Source: an uncultured Candidatus Saccharibacteria bacterium (lineage in GTDB: Bacteria; Patescibacteriota; Saccharimonadia; Saccharimonadales; Saccharimonadaceae). From it: a stretch of DNA of 64,000 bases. This document shows, piece after piece, positions 20,302 through 30,564 of the stretch (position 1 is its first letter; each line of letters starts with the position of its first letter). The position numbers and the translations under genes are program-made. The notes beneath the pieces were generated by a model. It was not told the origin of the DNA, did no database searches, and saw only the letters and a program-made list of their open reading frames with translations. The DNA lies in assembly GCA_964394555.1 (NCBI GenBank), contig CAYMXW010000001.1, positions 16,692-80,691 on the forward strand, given 5' to 3'.

Positions 20302-23007
20302 CTATTTCTTGCGGCCTTTTTTCTTGTTTTGACGCTGCTGCTTGCGCTTTTTGGCGGTAGATTTTTTAGCCGAGGAACGTTTGACGGTAGTCTTGGTTTC
20401 GGTTTTCTTAAATTCGCTATCTAAGTTTTTCTCGCCGGCGCTGATTTCGTTGACACCCTTTTCGGTGGCCGGTTCGGCCATCTTGGTGAGTTCAGATTCG
20501 TATTCTTCGCCATCGGTGGCGTTTTCGTTAACAGCCTCTTGTGGGGTGATGGAAAGGAGGATCTTTAATACTTCTTCGCGTAAGGTGCGCTCTAAGCCGT
20601 CGAAAAGTTTTTGCGATTCGGAGCGGTATTCGACTAATGGATCACGCTGACCGATAGAGCGCCAATGGATACCTTCGCGGAGATGTTGCATGTTTTCGAG
20701 GTGCTGCATCCAGAGAGTATCGACGACGCGGAGGTAAATCTCGCGCTCAAGTTTACGCATAGTGTCGGAACCAAAGCGTTCTTCTTGTTCGTGATAAAGT
20801 TCACGGATGGCTTTTTTGGCAGCTTTGACGCGGTCTTTTTCTTTGCGCATTAGACCGATTTCGTCGATTGTCTTATCGTCAAGATTAAAGAGAGCTTTGA
20901 AATCTTTTTTGAAGTTTTTATTACTACGAGAACTAAGAGCCGTAAGTTGCTCGGCAGAATCGTCAATCAAACGGTTGATTTCGTCGGTGATGGACTCACC
21001 TTCGAGAATACGACGACGAATAGTGTAGACGACCTTGCGGTGACGGTTGATGACGTTATCGTACTGGACGACGTGCTTACGGGAGTCGAAGTTGAAGCCC
21101 TCGATGCGTTTTTGAGCGGCCTCGAGAGTCTTAGAAACGGAACGGGTTTGGATGGGGGTAGTTTCATCGACGCCAAGACGGTTCATGAGCGAGGCGACCT
21201 TTTCGCCTTGGAAAATGCGCATCAAATCGTCTTCACAAGAGACAAAGAACTGAGTGGTGCCGGGGTCACCTTGACGACCACCACGACCGCGTAGCTGGTT
21301 ATCAACACGGCGAGAGTCGTGACGTTCAGAACCGATAACTACTAAACCACCGAGCTCGGCGACACCCTTACCAAGTTTGATATCGGTACCACGACCGGCA
21401 AGGTTAGTGGCAAGTGTGATAGCGCCCTTTTCGCCGGCTTTGGCGATGATGGCGGCCTCGCGTTCGTTATTCTTAGCGTTTAAGATTTCGTATTTGATGC
21501 CCTCGTGGTCAAGGTAGCGGGCGATTTCTTCGTTGTTAGCGATAGAACCGGAGCCCACGAGTACCGGCTGACCGTTTTTGTGGTATTTCTTAATTTCGTC
21601 GGCGATGGCGCGAAGTTTACCGGCCTTGGTCTTGTAAATCAAATCGTCTTTATCAACACGAATAATTGGTTTGTTGGGTGGAATTTGGATGACATCGAGT
21701 GAGTAGATTTGTTGGAACTCTTCAGCTTCAGTGAAGGCGGTACCGGTCATACCGGAAAGTTTGCGGTACAAGCGGAAGAAATTCTGGAACGAAATGGTAG
21801 CTAGCGTCATAGATTCTTGCTTGACAGCGACCCCTTCTTTGGCCTCGATGGCTTGGTGAAGACCTTCGTTGTAGCGGCGACCTTGCATTAAGCGGCCGGT
21901 GTGCTCGTCGACGATGACGACTTCGCCGCTGTTAGTGACGACGTAATCTTTGTCGCGCTTGAAAACGACTTCGGCGCGCAGAGCCTGCTCCATATGATAA
22001 ACCAGGCGGGTGTTATCAGTAGAATAGAGAGTTTCGATGCCGAGCAGTTTTTGTACCTTATCGACGCCCTTGTCGGTGAGAGCGACCGAGCGGCGTTTCT
22101 CGTCGTGGACGTAATCTTCGGGGGTGAGTTTAGACGCGACTTTAGCAAACTGGTAGTAAGCGTCGGGGTTATCACCGGCGGGAGCAGAGATAATCAAAGG
22201 CGTACGAGCTTCGTCGATTAAGATAGAGTCGACCTCATCGACGATAGCGAAGTTGAGTTCGCGTTGGCGGAGGTACTGAACTTCGTTGACCATGTTGTCG
22301 CGGAGGTAGTCAAAACCAAATTCGTTGTTAGTGCCATAGGTAATATCAGCGGCGTAAGCCTCTTTGCGAGTACAAGGCTTGAGGTGGCGCATGCGCTCGT
22401 CAGCGTGGCTTTCGTTGAGATAATCTTTGTCATAAATAAATGAGGCCTGGTTGATGATGACACCGACTTTGAGCCCGAGAAAATCATAAATTGGGCCGTT
22501 CCAACCGGCATCACGCTGAGCAAGATAATCGTTGACGGTGACAACATGGACACCGCGGCCCGAGAGGGCGTTAAGGAAGGCCGGGAGCATGGCGACGAGA
22601 GTCTTGCCTTCGCCGGTTTTCATCTCGGCGACGTTACCTTCGTGAAGAGCGATACCGCCAATTAACTGAACATCATAAGGGCGCATCCCGAGAATGCGGT
22701 TACTGACTTCGCGGGCGAGCGCAAAAGCTTCTGGCAAAACAGTATTAAGAGCTTTGGTATCATCACCGTTTTTGTCGGTGAGTTTTTCGACGCGTTCTTT
22801 GAGTGCGTCGGCTTGTTCTCTGAGCTCTTTTTTGCTCATCTTCTGGTATTTAGGCTCGAGCTTGCCAATTTCAATGGCTTTTTTGCCCATGCGTTTTAAG
22901 GTTTTCTTTTGGGCGTCACCAAAAACACCCTGTAAAAATTTAGTGAGAGCAGTTTTGTCGGCCAATTTATCAGTAGGTTTTTTTGGCCTGCGTTTAATTT
23001 TAGACAT
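20302..23007 (-). CDS. secA: Preprotein translocase ATPase SecA
   Basis: MKTGEGKT, VTVNDYLA, DEVDSILIDEARTPLIIS, AGRGTDI and QLRGRGGRQGDPG. The C-tail is Lys/Arg-rich and lacks the CPC zinc motif. Confidence 0.98.
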   Translation of the reverse strand: MSKIKRRPKKPTDKLADKTALTKFLQGVFGDAQKKTLKRMGKKAIEIGKLEPKYQKMSKKELREQADALKERVEKLTDKNGDDTKALNTVLPEAFALAREVSNRILGMRPYDVQLIGGIALHEGNVAEMKTGEGKTLVAMLPAFLNALSGRGVHVVTVNDYLAQRDAGWNGPIYDFLGLKVGVIINQASFIYDKDYLNESHADERMRHLKPCTRKEAYAADITYGTNNEFGFDYLRDNMVNEVQYLRQRELNFAIVDEVDSILIDEARTPLIISAPAGDNPDAYYQFAKVASKLTPEDYVHDEKRRSVALTDKGVDKVQKLLGIETLYSTDNTRLVYHMEQALRAEVVFKRDKDYVVTNSGEVVIVDEHTGRLMQGRRYNEGLHQAIEAKEGVAVKQESMTLATISFQNFFRLYRKLSGMTGTAFTEAEEFQQIYSLDVIQIPPNKPIIRVDKDDLIYKTKAGKLRAIADEIKKYHKNGQPVLVGSGSIANNEEIARYLDHEGIKYEILNAKNNEREAAIIAKAGEKGAITLATNLAGRGTDIKLGKGVAELGGLVVIGSERHDSRRVDNQLRGRGGRQGDPGTTQFFVSCEDDLMRIFQGEKVASLMNRLGVDETTPIQTRSVSKTLEAAQKRIEGFNFDSRKHVVQYDNVINRHRKVVYTIRRRILEGESITDEINRLIDDSAEQLTALSSRSNKNFKKDFKALFNLDDKTIDEIGLMRKEKDRVKAAKKAIRELYHEQEERFGSDTMRKLEREIYLRVVDTLWMQHLENMQHLREGIHWRSIGQRDPLVEYRSESQKLFDGLERTLREEVLKILLSITPQEAVNENATDGEEYESELTKMAEPATEKGVNEISAGEKNLDSEFKKTETKTTVKRSSAKKSTAKKRKQQRQNKKKGRKK

Positions 23008-23056
23008 TAAATAGCCTCCGGAAAATATAAAGTTATACTCTCCTTATTTTAACACA

Positions 23057-23419
23057 TTAACCTCTTTTAATAAAGAGATTTTTCAGGCTTTTCTTGCCAG
23101 TGTGATTAGTAGCTTCGAGTTTATAACGGCTAATTTGACCTTTGAGCTTGGCTTCGAGGATGTCGATACCAGCAAAAACATTGGAACATTCGTCTTTGGC
23201 AGCAAAAACCTTACCACCGGTGGTCTCCATGGCGGCGGAGATACTATACTTGTTGTTGTGAGGGCGATTAACTTCAGTAACGACGATTTTAACAACGACA
23301 TCTTTTTTGCTACCTTTGGGCAGATAGCGGTCGAGTTTGCCGATGCGCTTAGTAGCGTATTTATGAAATCCCTCAGAGATTTTGTAATTATTGCCGCTGA
23401 TTTCAATTTTTTCGATCAT
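23057..23419 (-). CDS. hpf: Ribosome hibernation factor HPF/RaiA
   Basis: IEISGNN...YATKRIGKLDRY and AGIDILEAKLKGQISRYK; strong AAGGAGG SD. Confidence 0.85.
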   Translation of the reverse strand: MIEKIEISGNNYKISEGFHKYATKRIGKLDRYLPKGSKKDVVVKIVVTEVNRPHNNKYSISAAMETTGGKVFAAKDECSNVFAGIDILEAKLKGQISRYKLEATNHTGKKSLKNLFIKRG

Positions 23420-23429
23420 AATTCCTCCT

Positions 23430-24671
23430 TTATAGTTGATCTTGGCCTAAATAAGGTTTCAAAACATCGGGAACGGTGAGTTTGCCACCCTCCGTAGCAT
23501 AATTTTCAATCACCGCGACTAGGGTGCGAGCAAGCGAGATAGCAGTGCCATTTAGAGTATGTAGAACTTCAACGTTACCATCTTCGCGACGGACGCGGAT
23601 ATTGAGATTGCGGGCTTGAAAATCGGTACAGTTAGAACAACTGGTAATTTCGCGGTAGGTTTGGTCGACCGGTGACCAATATTCGATATCGTATTTCTTG
23701 GCGGCGGGAGCGCCGAGATCGCCAGCAGCGATATTGATGATGTGATAGGGGATGTTGAGTTCTTGCCAGATTTCTTCTTCGATACTCAAGAGTTTTTCGT
23801 GAATTTCTTTGGACTGTTCGGGAGTACAAAAAACATACATTTCTAGTTTATTAAACTGATGGACGCGAAATAGGCCGCGTGTGTGTTTGCCGTAGGCGCC
23901 AGCTTCTTTACGGAAACAGGCGGAAAGCCCCGCATAAAACAACGGTAAATCTTTTTCGTCGATAATTTCGTCCATGTGGTAACCGGTAAGCGGAATCTCG
24001 GCGGTGGCAATTAAGGCCAAATCTTCACCTTCGATAAAATATTCGTCGGACTGATCAGAAGTGCGAGGATTAAACCCGGTACCTTCGAGGATTTTAGAAG
24101 AAACTAAATCGGGGACGGTGGTAAAATGAAAGCCGTGCTCTAGGACTTTTTTCAGACCAAACTGAATCAGGGCGTTCTCTAAGAGAGCAAGGCCATCTTT
24201 AAGATAGTAAAATTTAGCACCGGCAACTTTGGCGCCACGTTCAAAATCAACCCAACCGCGCGCAGTGGCATAATCGAGGTGGTCGACGCCGGTCTGTTTA
24301 TTGTCGCCCCAGCGTTTGATTTCGACACTGTCTTCTTCGCCACCAAGGGGTACATCGTCGAGGATGACATTAGGGACGGACTTTAGCATACTGTAAAATG
24401 AATTGGACAGTTCGTCAAGTTTATTTTCTAGTTTAGATAGTTCGGATTTGATAGCCTTTCCCTGTTCAATGAGTTCGGGCGAAGGTTTGCCGCCTTTCAT
24501 CTTGCTAGCGATGTCGTTGCGCTTGGCGCGGAGTTTTTCGACTTCGCTGAGGGATTTCTTGCGTTGGTCGTCTAATTTGAGTAGTTTTTTGAGATCAATT
24601 TTGTAACCTTTTTCCTTGGTAGATTTCTCTACTAGGTCAAGATTTTCGCGAATGAAGTTTATGTCTAACAT
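23430..24671 (-). CDS. serS: Serine--tRNA ligase
   Basis: MLDINFIREN, LIATAEIPL, FRKEAG, GLFRVHQFNKLEM, EITSCSNCTDFQAR and HTLNGT. Confidence 0.98.
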   Translation of the reverse strand: MLDINFIRENLDLVEKSTKEKGYKIDLKKLLKLDDQRKKSLSEVEKLRAKRNDIASKMKGGKPSPELIEQGKAIKSELSKLENKLDELSNSFYSMLKSVPNVILDDVPLGGEEDSVEIKRWGDNKQTGVDHLDYATARGWVDFERGAKVAGAKFYYLKDGLALLENALIQFGLKKVLEHGFHFTTVPDLVSSKILEGTGFNPRTSDQSDEYFIEGEDLALIATAEIPLTGYHMDEIIDEKDLPLFYAGLSACFRKEAGAYGKHTRGLFRVHQFNKLEMYVFCTPEQSKEIHEKLLSIEEEIWQELNIPYHIINIAAGDLGAPAAKKYDIEYWSPVDQTYREITSCSNCTDFQARNLNIRVRREDGNVEVLHTLNGTAISLARTLVAVIENYATEGGKLTVPDVLKPYLGQDQL

Positions 24672-24689
24672 ATATATTATATTATAGCA

Positions 24690-26114
24690 CTAATTTTTGC
24701 TTTTGATAATGGGAAATGGCACCGCTTCGCGACCAGAAACGCCCTCAAGGAGCCAGAAATTGCGTTCGGAATTACCCCAACCGCAGGCGGGAGGCATACC
24801 ATATTCGAGCATTTCGACGAAATCCATATCAAGCATTTGGGCTTCGTCGTCGCCGTTGTCGCGCATCGCTTGCTGCTCTTCGAAGCGTTCTAACTGGTCA
24901 AGCGGATCATTAAGCTCGGAGAAGCCGTTACCCATCTCGGTACCGGCAATTACAGGATGGAAACGCTCGGTGACAAGAGGATTCTCGGTAGATTTCTTGG
25001 CGAGCGGGCTAAGTGACAAAGGCTCCTCGATAAGCCAGTAAGGACCAGCAGAAGTCTTGCGAATGAGTTTCCAGACGTTGTCAAGCATGCGGCCAACCGA
25101 TACATCGCCGGAAAGTTCAACGTGATTATCTTTAAGAATCTGGCGAAGTTGTTTTTCGTCAGGATTGAAGACATCGACACCGTATTTTTCTTTCATGATA
25201 TCGGAGTAGCGGATGCGAGGCCATTTTTGGTCAAGATTAACATCAAAATCGCCAACGTGAAACTGTAAAGTACCCCAAGTTTCCTTGGCGACATATTTAA
25301 TCATCGCTTCGTAAAGTTCGAGACCGTCTTCGTAATTTTCGTAGGCGGCGTAAGATTCAAAAGCAACGTGTTCGGGCAAGTGCTCGTCATCGACGCCTTC
25401 GTTACGGAAACGCACACCGATATCAAAGACTTTATCAAAACCGCCGCCAAGCAAGCGCTTCAGGGGCAACTCGTGGCTAATACGGAGGTAAAAATCTTCG
25501 TCGAGCGCGTCCATGTGGGTGACGAAAGGATTGGCGTCGGCGCCACCGGTGGTGTGTTCGAGTACGGGGATATTAATTTCGACAAAACCATGATCCATCA
25601 TAAATTCGCGGGTGGCTTGCCAGAACTTAGAGCGGCGCACCAAGCGCTCGCGTACCTCGGGGTTGACGTTCATATCGACATAGCGACGGCGGTAACGCTC
25701 TTCTTTGTTGGTGAATTTTTCGGGGAGCGGACGTAGTGATTTAGTGAGTAAGCGAACATTGTCGGTAAAAACGGAAATTTCGCCAGTTTGAGTCTTATCG
25801 ACGGCGCCTTTGGCTTCGATGAAATCGCCGGTGTCGAGAAGTTTGAAAAACTTGATAGTATCGGCATCTTTGATAAACAATTGAACTTCGCCAAAATAGT
25901 CACGAATTTTGACAAATAGGAGCTTACCAAAAGAGCGGATGGCGGTGATACGACCGGCCACGCAGACTTCTTTACCTTTGAGTTTATCAAAGTCGTTAAT
26001 AACTTTGTCGATGTGGGTGTCGCGATGCGACTTAGAGGGATAGGGGTCAATCCCGAGTTTTCTAATTTCTGCTAATTTGCGCAAACGTTCTTTGCGATAA
26101 TCTTCTAATATCAT
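24690..26114 (-). CDS. lysS: Lysine--tRNA ligase (class II)
   Basis: OB-fold anticodon domain, GGADANPF, YLRISHEL, FRNEG and EMGNGFSELNDP. Confidence 0.97.
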   Translation of the reverse strand: MILEDYRKERLRKLAEIRKLGIDPYPSKSHRDTHIDKVINDFDKLKGKEVCVAGRITAIRSFGKLLFVKIRDYFGEVQLFIKDADTIKFFKLLDTGDFIEAKGAVDKTQTGEISVFTDNVRLLTKSLRPLPEKFTNKEERYRRRYVDMNVNPEVRERLVRRSKFWQATREFMMDHGFVEINIPVLEHTTGGADANPFVTHMDALDEDFYLRISHELPLKRLLGGGFDKVFDIGVRFRNEGVDDEHLPEHVAFESYAAYENYEDGLELYEAMIKYVAKETWGTLQFHVGDFDVNLDQKWPRIRYSDIMKEKYGVDVFNPDEKQLRQILKDNHVELSGDVSVGRMLDNVWKLIRKTSAGPYWLIEEPLSLSPLAKKSTENPLVTERFHPVIAGTEMGNGFSELNDPLDQLERFEEQQAMRDNGDDEAQMLDMDFVEMLEYGMPPACGWGNSERNFWLLEGVSGREAVPFPIIKSKN

Positions 26115-26135
26115 AGTTATATTATACCAGTTTTA

Positions 26136-26594
26136 TTAGTTAATAGATAAAATTTTGTATTTAGTAGTGCCCTTGGGGGTTTTGAGTTCGGCGATTTCAT
26201 CGACTCGGCGGCCCATCAAGGCTTTGCCAATAGGTGATTCGTTGCTGATTTTACCCTCCAAAGGGTTGGCCTCGACGGGACCAACGATGGTAAAAGTTTG
26301 CTTTTTATTAACTACCTTTACTTCGACAACGGAACCCATAGTAACCTTGCCACGCGAGGCGCCGGCGCGGATGACGTTGGCGTTTTTGAGGATATCTTCG
26401 ATTTCCAAAATTCGGCTTTCGACGGTTTTTTGTTCGGCGCGAGCGTCGGAATATTCTTGATTTTCGGATAAATCACCAAAAGCACGAGCAGTAGCTAGAC
26501 GTTCGGCGATGGCGGGACGGCGTGAAATTAAACTTTTAAGCTCAGTTTCGAGCTCAGCCTTCCCTGTTTTAGTTAAATTCACACTCTTTTTCAT
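26136..26594 (-). CDS. greA: Transcription elongation factor GreA
   Basis: GDLSENQEY and ISNESPIGKALMG. Confidence 0.97.
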   Translation of the reverse strand: MKKSVNLTKTGKAELETELKSLISRRPAIAERLATARAFGDLSENQEYSDARAEQKTVESRILEIEDILKNANVIRAGASRGKVTMGSVVEVKVVNKKQTFTIVGPVEANPLEGKISNESPIGKALMGRRVDEIAELKTPKGTTKYKILSIN

Positions 26595-26597
26595 AGG

Positions 26598-27827
26598 TTA
26601 GAGTTTAGCAATAAATTCATCAATTGTCAAGAGACTAGTTTGGCTGGTAAGGCGGTTAGTAATTTCAATTTTGTTGTCGGCGAGGGTTTTGTCGCTAATT
26701 ACCGCGCGGTAAGGTAGGCCGATGAGGTCAGCGTCGGCAAATTTGGCACCAGGACGACTACTGGTATCGTCAAAATAGAATAAATCGGGGTGTTGGTCGT
26801 GAATACTACTGGCGATTTTGTCGGCTTCGCTACCGATGGCGATGAGATAATAGCGGAAGGGGGCGACTGATTCTGGCCAGATTAAGCCCTTGTCATCGGC
26901 AAACTTCTCGGCGATGACACCCATCAGACGCGAAACACCGATACCGTAACAGCCCATAGTGACGTATTCACGCGCGCCGTCTTGGTTGATAAACTCGAGA
27001 CCGAGAGGTTCAGAATATTTATATTTGAGGGTGAAGATATTAGCAACTTCGGCGGCCTTGGTAGATTCGAGTTCGTCTCTAGTGACACCCATTTCGTCTA
27101 GAACTTCGTCGTTTAGGACTTCTTCGTTTAAAACAACGGATTTATCTTGGTTGTAATAAATGGTGTCTTCGCCGATGGGCAAGACGGTCTGAAATTCGTG
27201 GGAATATTTGGAAAAAATACCACCCGAAGCAAAAGTTTGATAGGTAGAATCGCCGATACTGAGGTGGTCAAAAATGTTGCGATAGACTTGTTCGACTTGG
27301 TGGTAAAATTGGTCGTGTGAGGCTTGGTCGGCGGAGAAGGAATAAAGGTCTTTCATCAAGAATTCGCGACCACGCAAGATGCCAGATTTGGCGCGGAGTT
27401 CGTTGCGGAATTTAGTTTGGAATTGATAGACATAGGCGGGCAAATCTTTATAGCTGCTGATGTATTTTTTCATCATGTTGGTAATGGGCTCTTCGTGAGT
27501 GGGAGCGAGGCCTACTTCGCCACCAGCGGCGAGCTCGGTTTTAAACCAAATATCGATATCTTGATCGGCCCAACGACCGGATTTTTGCCAAGGCTCGGGG
27601 GTTTGAAGGGCGGTCATGGAGATTTCTTGACAGTTGATAGCGTTTAATTCTTCACGAATGATGGATTTGATGTTTTCGATGACTTTGAGGCCGAGTGGTA
27701 AATAAGTATAAACACCGGCCATTTCTTTGTGGATGTAGCCGGCGCGGAGTAAATACTGGGCGCTAACGGCAGTTTCGTCTTTGGAAATGTCTTTAAAAGT
27801 TTTGACAAAAGTTTCAGATGCTCTCAT
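26598..27827 (-). CDS. proS: Proline--tRNA ligase (short; editing domain apparently absent)
   Basis: LLRAGYI..EMAGVY, LAPTHEE, QFQTKFRNELR, GREFLMKDLYSF and MGCYGIGVSR; 409 aa. Confidence 0.96.
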   Translation of the reverse strand: MRASETFVKTFKDISKDETAVSAQYLLRAGYIHKEMAGVYTYLPLGLKVIENIKSIIREELNAINCQEISMTALQTPEPWQKSGRWADQDIDIWFKTELAAGGEVGLAPTHEEPITNMMKKYISSYKDLPAYVYQFQTKFRNELRAKSGILRGREFLMKDLYSFSADQASHDQFYHQVEQVYRNIFDHLSIGDSTYQTFASGGIFSKYSHEFQTVLPIGEDTIYYNQDKSVVLNEEVLNDEVLDEMGVTRDELESTKAAEVANIFTLKYKYSEPLGLEFINQDGAREYVTMGCYGIGVSRLMGVIAEKFADDKGLIWPESVAPFRYYLIAIGSEADKIASSIHDQHPDLFYFDDTSSRPGAKFADADLIGLPYRAVISDKTLADNKIEITNRLTSQTSLLTIDEFIAKL

Positions 27828-27834
27828 GAGTTAA

Positions 27835-28755
27835 TTATATCACATTGATAACGTAGAGGATGTAGAAAGCGATGCCGTTTTTGAGCATGTGGAGAAGAAT
27901 GCCGCTGTGGATGGTACCAGTGGCTTCGCGCAAGGCGCAAAGGACGAGACTGAGACAGAAAACATTGACACCGACATTCCATTGGAGGTGAAGTAAGCCA
28001 AAGAGGGCGGAGACGATGAATATCGACAGTACTAGTGATAGTGGGAAGTAGGCATAACTTATAAACGGCAGTCTAACTTTTTCAGGAATAAGAGCGCGGA
28101 GTTTGCCATAGAGCCAACCGCGAAAGATAATTTCTTCGGCCACTGGGGCGACCACAACGAGCGCAAAGAAGGCGGCGAGGCGGTCAAAACCGCTATATAG
28201 AGAGTTGAAGCCAACATCTTGGGCTTGACCGGCGTCAAACCAGGGGAAAATGGCGGAAAAAGCAAAAGTAAAGATGGCGGCGATAAGAAAATAGGCGATG
28301 AGGCCGACCGGTGCGAGACCGATGTCGAGCCAAGTAGGAAGACCATTTAGCCCAAGATTCTCACGGGTGACTTTTAAATCTTTAAATTTTTGAGAGATTT
28401 TGTGGGTTTTGAAAAATAGATAGGGTATGCCAACATTAAGGGCTACCATCAAAGCATAGACAATGAGGTCGTAGATGGCAAGGTTGAGTGGTTCTTGGAG
28501 CTGAGCGCTAGTGAAGCCAAAGACGCGGATGGCGAGAAAAGCGATGAAGTACTGCGAAAAGAGAAAACAAAAGCCAGTCCAAGCTAGCATTGCGATTATA
28601 ATGGAAAAAAGAAGTAAATGAGTTTTTGGCGGGCATCCGCAGTTACGACGTTCGCCCCTTGGGACGCGTGAGCGAAGCGAAGGACGCAGCGACGAGGCCC
28701 GTGACGACGGGCCCGAGGAGCGTCCGCCAGAAACTTCGTTTACTTCTTTTTTCAT
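27835..28755 (-). CDS. CPBP family intramembrane metalloprotease carrying a palindromic insertion near the N-terminus
   Basis: APVAEEIIFRG, FGLLH and HMLKN motifs; multiple TM segments. Confidence 0.88.
   Translation of the reverse strand: MKKEVNEVSGGRSSGPSSRASSLRPSLRSRVPRGERRNCGCPPKTHLLLFSIIIAMLAWTGFCFLFSQYFIAFLAIRVFGFTSAQLQEPLNLAIYDLIVYALMVALNVGIPYLFFKTHKISQKFKDLKVTRENLGLNGLPTWLDIGLAPVGLIAYFLIAAIFTFAFSAIFPWFDAGQAQDVGFNSLYSGFDRLAAFFALVVVAPVAEEIIFRGWLYGKLRALIPEKVRLPFISYAYFPLSLVLSIFIVSALFGLLHLQWNVGVNVFCLSLVLCALREATGTIHSGILLHMLKNGIAFYILYVINVI
28621..28735. repeat. Palindromic element copy 1 (within the CPBP reading frame)
   Basis: Terminal arms AGTTTTTGGCGG / CCGCCAGAAACT; core hairpin GGCCCGT-GACG-ACGGGCC at 28696-28713; GC-rich relative to its surroundings. 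Confidence 0.75.
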
Positions 28756-28756
28756 A

Positions 28757-29992
28757 TTAAAACAGCCTTGTGATGTCTAACACGGTAATGATGACGATGA
28801 GGGCGAGAAGAACGATGAAGGCGCGTGAGACGATGCGCTCTTCGGTGTCCTTGGTGAGCTTTTTGCGACGTAGGCGGAAGATAGCGATAAGTAGCCAACG
28901 ACCACCGTCAAGCGCTGGGATAGGAATAACGTTCATACAGGCGAGTGAGACTGAAATGAGCGCAGCGAGAAAAGCGACATTGGTCGGGCCGGCTTCGGTA
29001 AAGGCGGGAAAAACGGTACCAACGATACCAACGGGGCCAGAAACCGAATCGCCGGCGGCGCCGATAGCTTCCCTACCCTGCTCACGCGTATCGCCGTCAA
29101 AACTGACTTGACTGACGATACCGGAGCACAAATTCCAAAGTAGATTGCCGAGACCTTCAAAAGTCGCGCCGGTGAGCTGAATAGTGGTAGCAGCGCCAAC
29201 AATGGGTGCCGACCAAGTTGAGCGGTAGAGCGCTTGACCGTTTTGGCTCATTGAAATACCGAGTAGATAGCTAGCATCTGCGGTGCCAAGCGTAGCGGAA
29301 AGTTGCTTTTCAGTATTGTCGCGCATGATATTGTAATATACCTTCTCAGAAGGGTGAGATTTATTGAAGCCAGTGACGCTAGTGGCATCAACAACATCGA
29401 TAGCGTCGGTACAGCTGGGATCGTTTAGACAATCTTCACTTGGGGCGGCGCGTAAAATTTGGTCGCCTGGTTCAAAACCAGCTTTTTCGGCGGGTGAGTC
29501 TTTGACAACTTCTCGGACGGTGACGATACCCGGAGCGACAGAGGTGTCGCCCTGAATAGTAAATTGATTATCGACAAAATGTGGCATACCGGTAATAGCA
29601 AGGACGGTAAGGATGATGAATGCCACAAGCCAGTTGGCGGCGACACCAGCAAAGAGAATTTTAGTTTTTTGCCAAAACGAGGCAGCACCAAAAGTACCCT
29701 TACGAGTATCGGCGTCGGACTCGCCATCCATGGAACAAAAACCGCCGATAGGTAGCCAGTTGAGGCTTAAAATTAGGGATTTTTGTTCCTTTTTCCAGTC
29801 TTTGCGGGGGAGGCGGTGCCATTTGCCATCTTTGCCCTTAACCCAAGCAAGAGCTTTGGGCGGAAAGCCGATGCCAAATTCTTTGACCGTTACGCCGTTT
29901 CTGCGGGCGGCGATAAAGTGGCCGAGTTCGTGGGCAACGATGAGCCCCATGAGCACGAAAATACCAATGATGATACCAAAAACAATATTCAT
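28757..29992 (-). CDS. rseP: RseP-like M50 site-2 protease with PDZ domain
   Basis: HELGH, LPIGGF, AGVAAN and NVIPIPALDGG. Confidence 0.93.
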   Translation of the reverse strand: MNIVFGIIIGIFVLMGLIVAHELGHFIAARRNGVTVKEFGIGFPPKALAWVKGKDGKWHRLPRKDWKKEQKSLILSLNWLPIGGFCSMDGESDADTRKGTFGAASFWQKTKILFAGVAANWLVAFIILTVLAITGMPHFVDNQFTIQGDTSVAPGIVTVREVVKDSPAEKAGFEPGDQILRAAPSEDCLNDPSCTDAIDVVDATSVTGFNKSHPSEKVYYNIMRDNTEKQLSATLGTADASYLLGISMSQNGQALYRSTWSAPIVGAATTIQLTGATFEGLGNLLWNLCSGIVSQVSFDGDTREQGREAIGAAGDSVSGPVGIVGTVFPAFTEAGPTNVAFLAALISVSLACMNVIPIPALDGGRWLLIAIFRLRRKKLTKDTEERIVSRAFIVLLALIVIITVLDITRLF

Positions 29993-30004
29993 ATGCTTAT
30001 TATA

Positions 30005-30547
30005 CTATATTTTGAGGATTTCTTGTTCTTTAGTTTTGAATTCGGTATCAATCTTGTCGGTGAATTCGCGAGTGAGATCGTCAATTTCCTTTTCGGCGCG
30101 TTTTTTGGCGTCTTCGGGAAGCTCGGCGGTTTTGAGAGCTTTGCGAGCATCCTCGCGGACATTGCGAATGGCGACTTTGGCGTTTTCAACCTTAGTGCTG
30201 GCGTTTTTGATGATTTCTTTGCGACGCTCTTCGGTGAGTGGCGGAATCGGAACGCGAATCACATGCCCATCATCGGCAGGGTTGAGGCCGAGTGCTTGGT
30301 CGGCGCGGATGGCAGTAGAAATAGCCTCGATACTGTTAGGATCAAAAGGGGTGATAACGAGCAAAGTAGCGTCACTCGCAACGACATTAGCAACTTGGTT
30401 TAAGGGCATCATTTGACCATAAACTTCGGCTTTGACACCGGCAAGCATATCAGGATGAGCACGGCCGGTGCGAACCTTTTTCATTTCATCGAGAAAACGG
30501 TCGACCGCAGCCTCCATTTTTTGGCGATAATTATTACTATCAAACAT
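30005..30547 (-). CDS. frr: Ribosome recycling factor
   Basis: VRTGRAHP, GLNPADDG and IPPLTEERRKE. Confidence 0.97.
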   Translation of the reverse strand: MFDSNNYRQKMEAAVDRFLDEMKKVRTGRAHPDMLAGVKAEVYGQMMPLNQVANVVASDATLLVITPFDPNSIEAISTAIRADQALGLNPADDGHVIRVPIPPLTEERRKEIIKNASTKVENAKVAIRNVREDARKALKTAELPEDAKKRAEKEIDDLTREFTDKIDTEFKTKEQEILKI

Positions 30548-30564
30548 AGTACCTCCTAGTTAAA

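Noticed and set aside
29613-30416. 267-aa and 206-aa plus-strand ORFs
   Set aside because: They are antisense to rseP and frr, with no start signals or recognisable domains.
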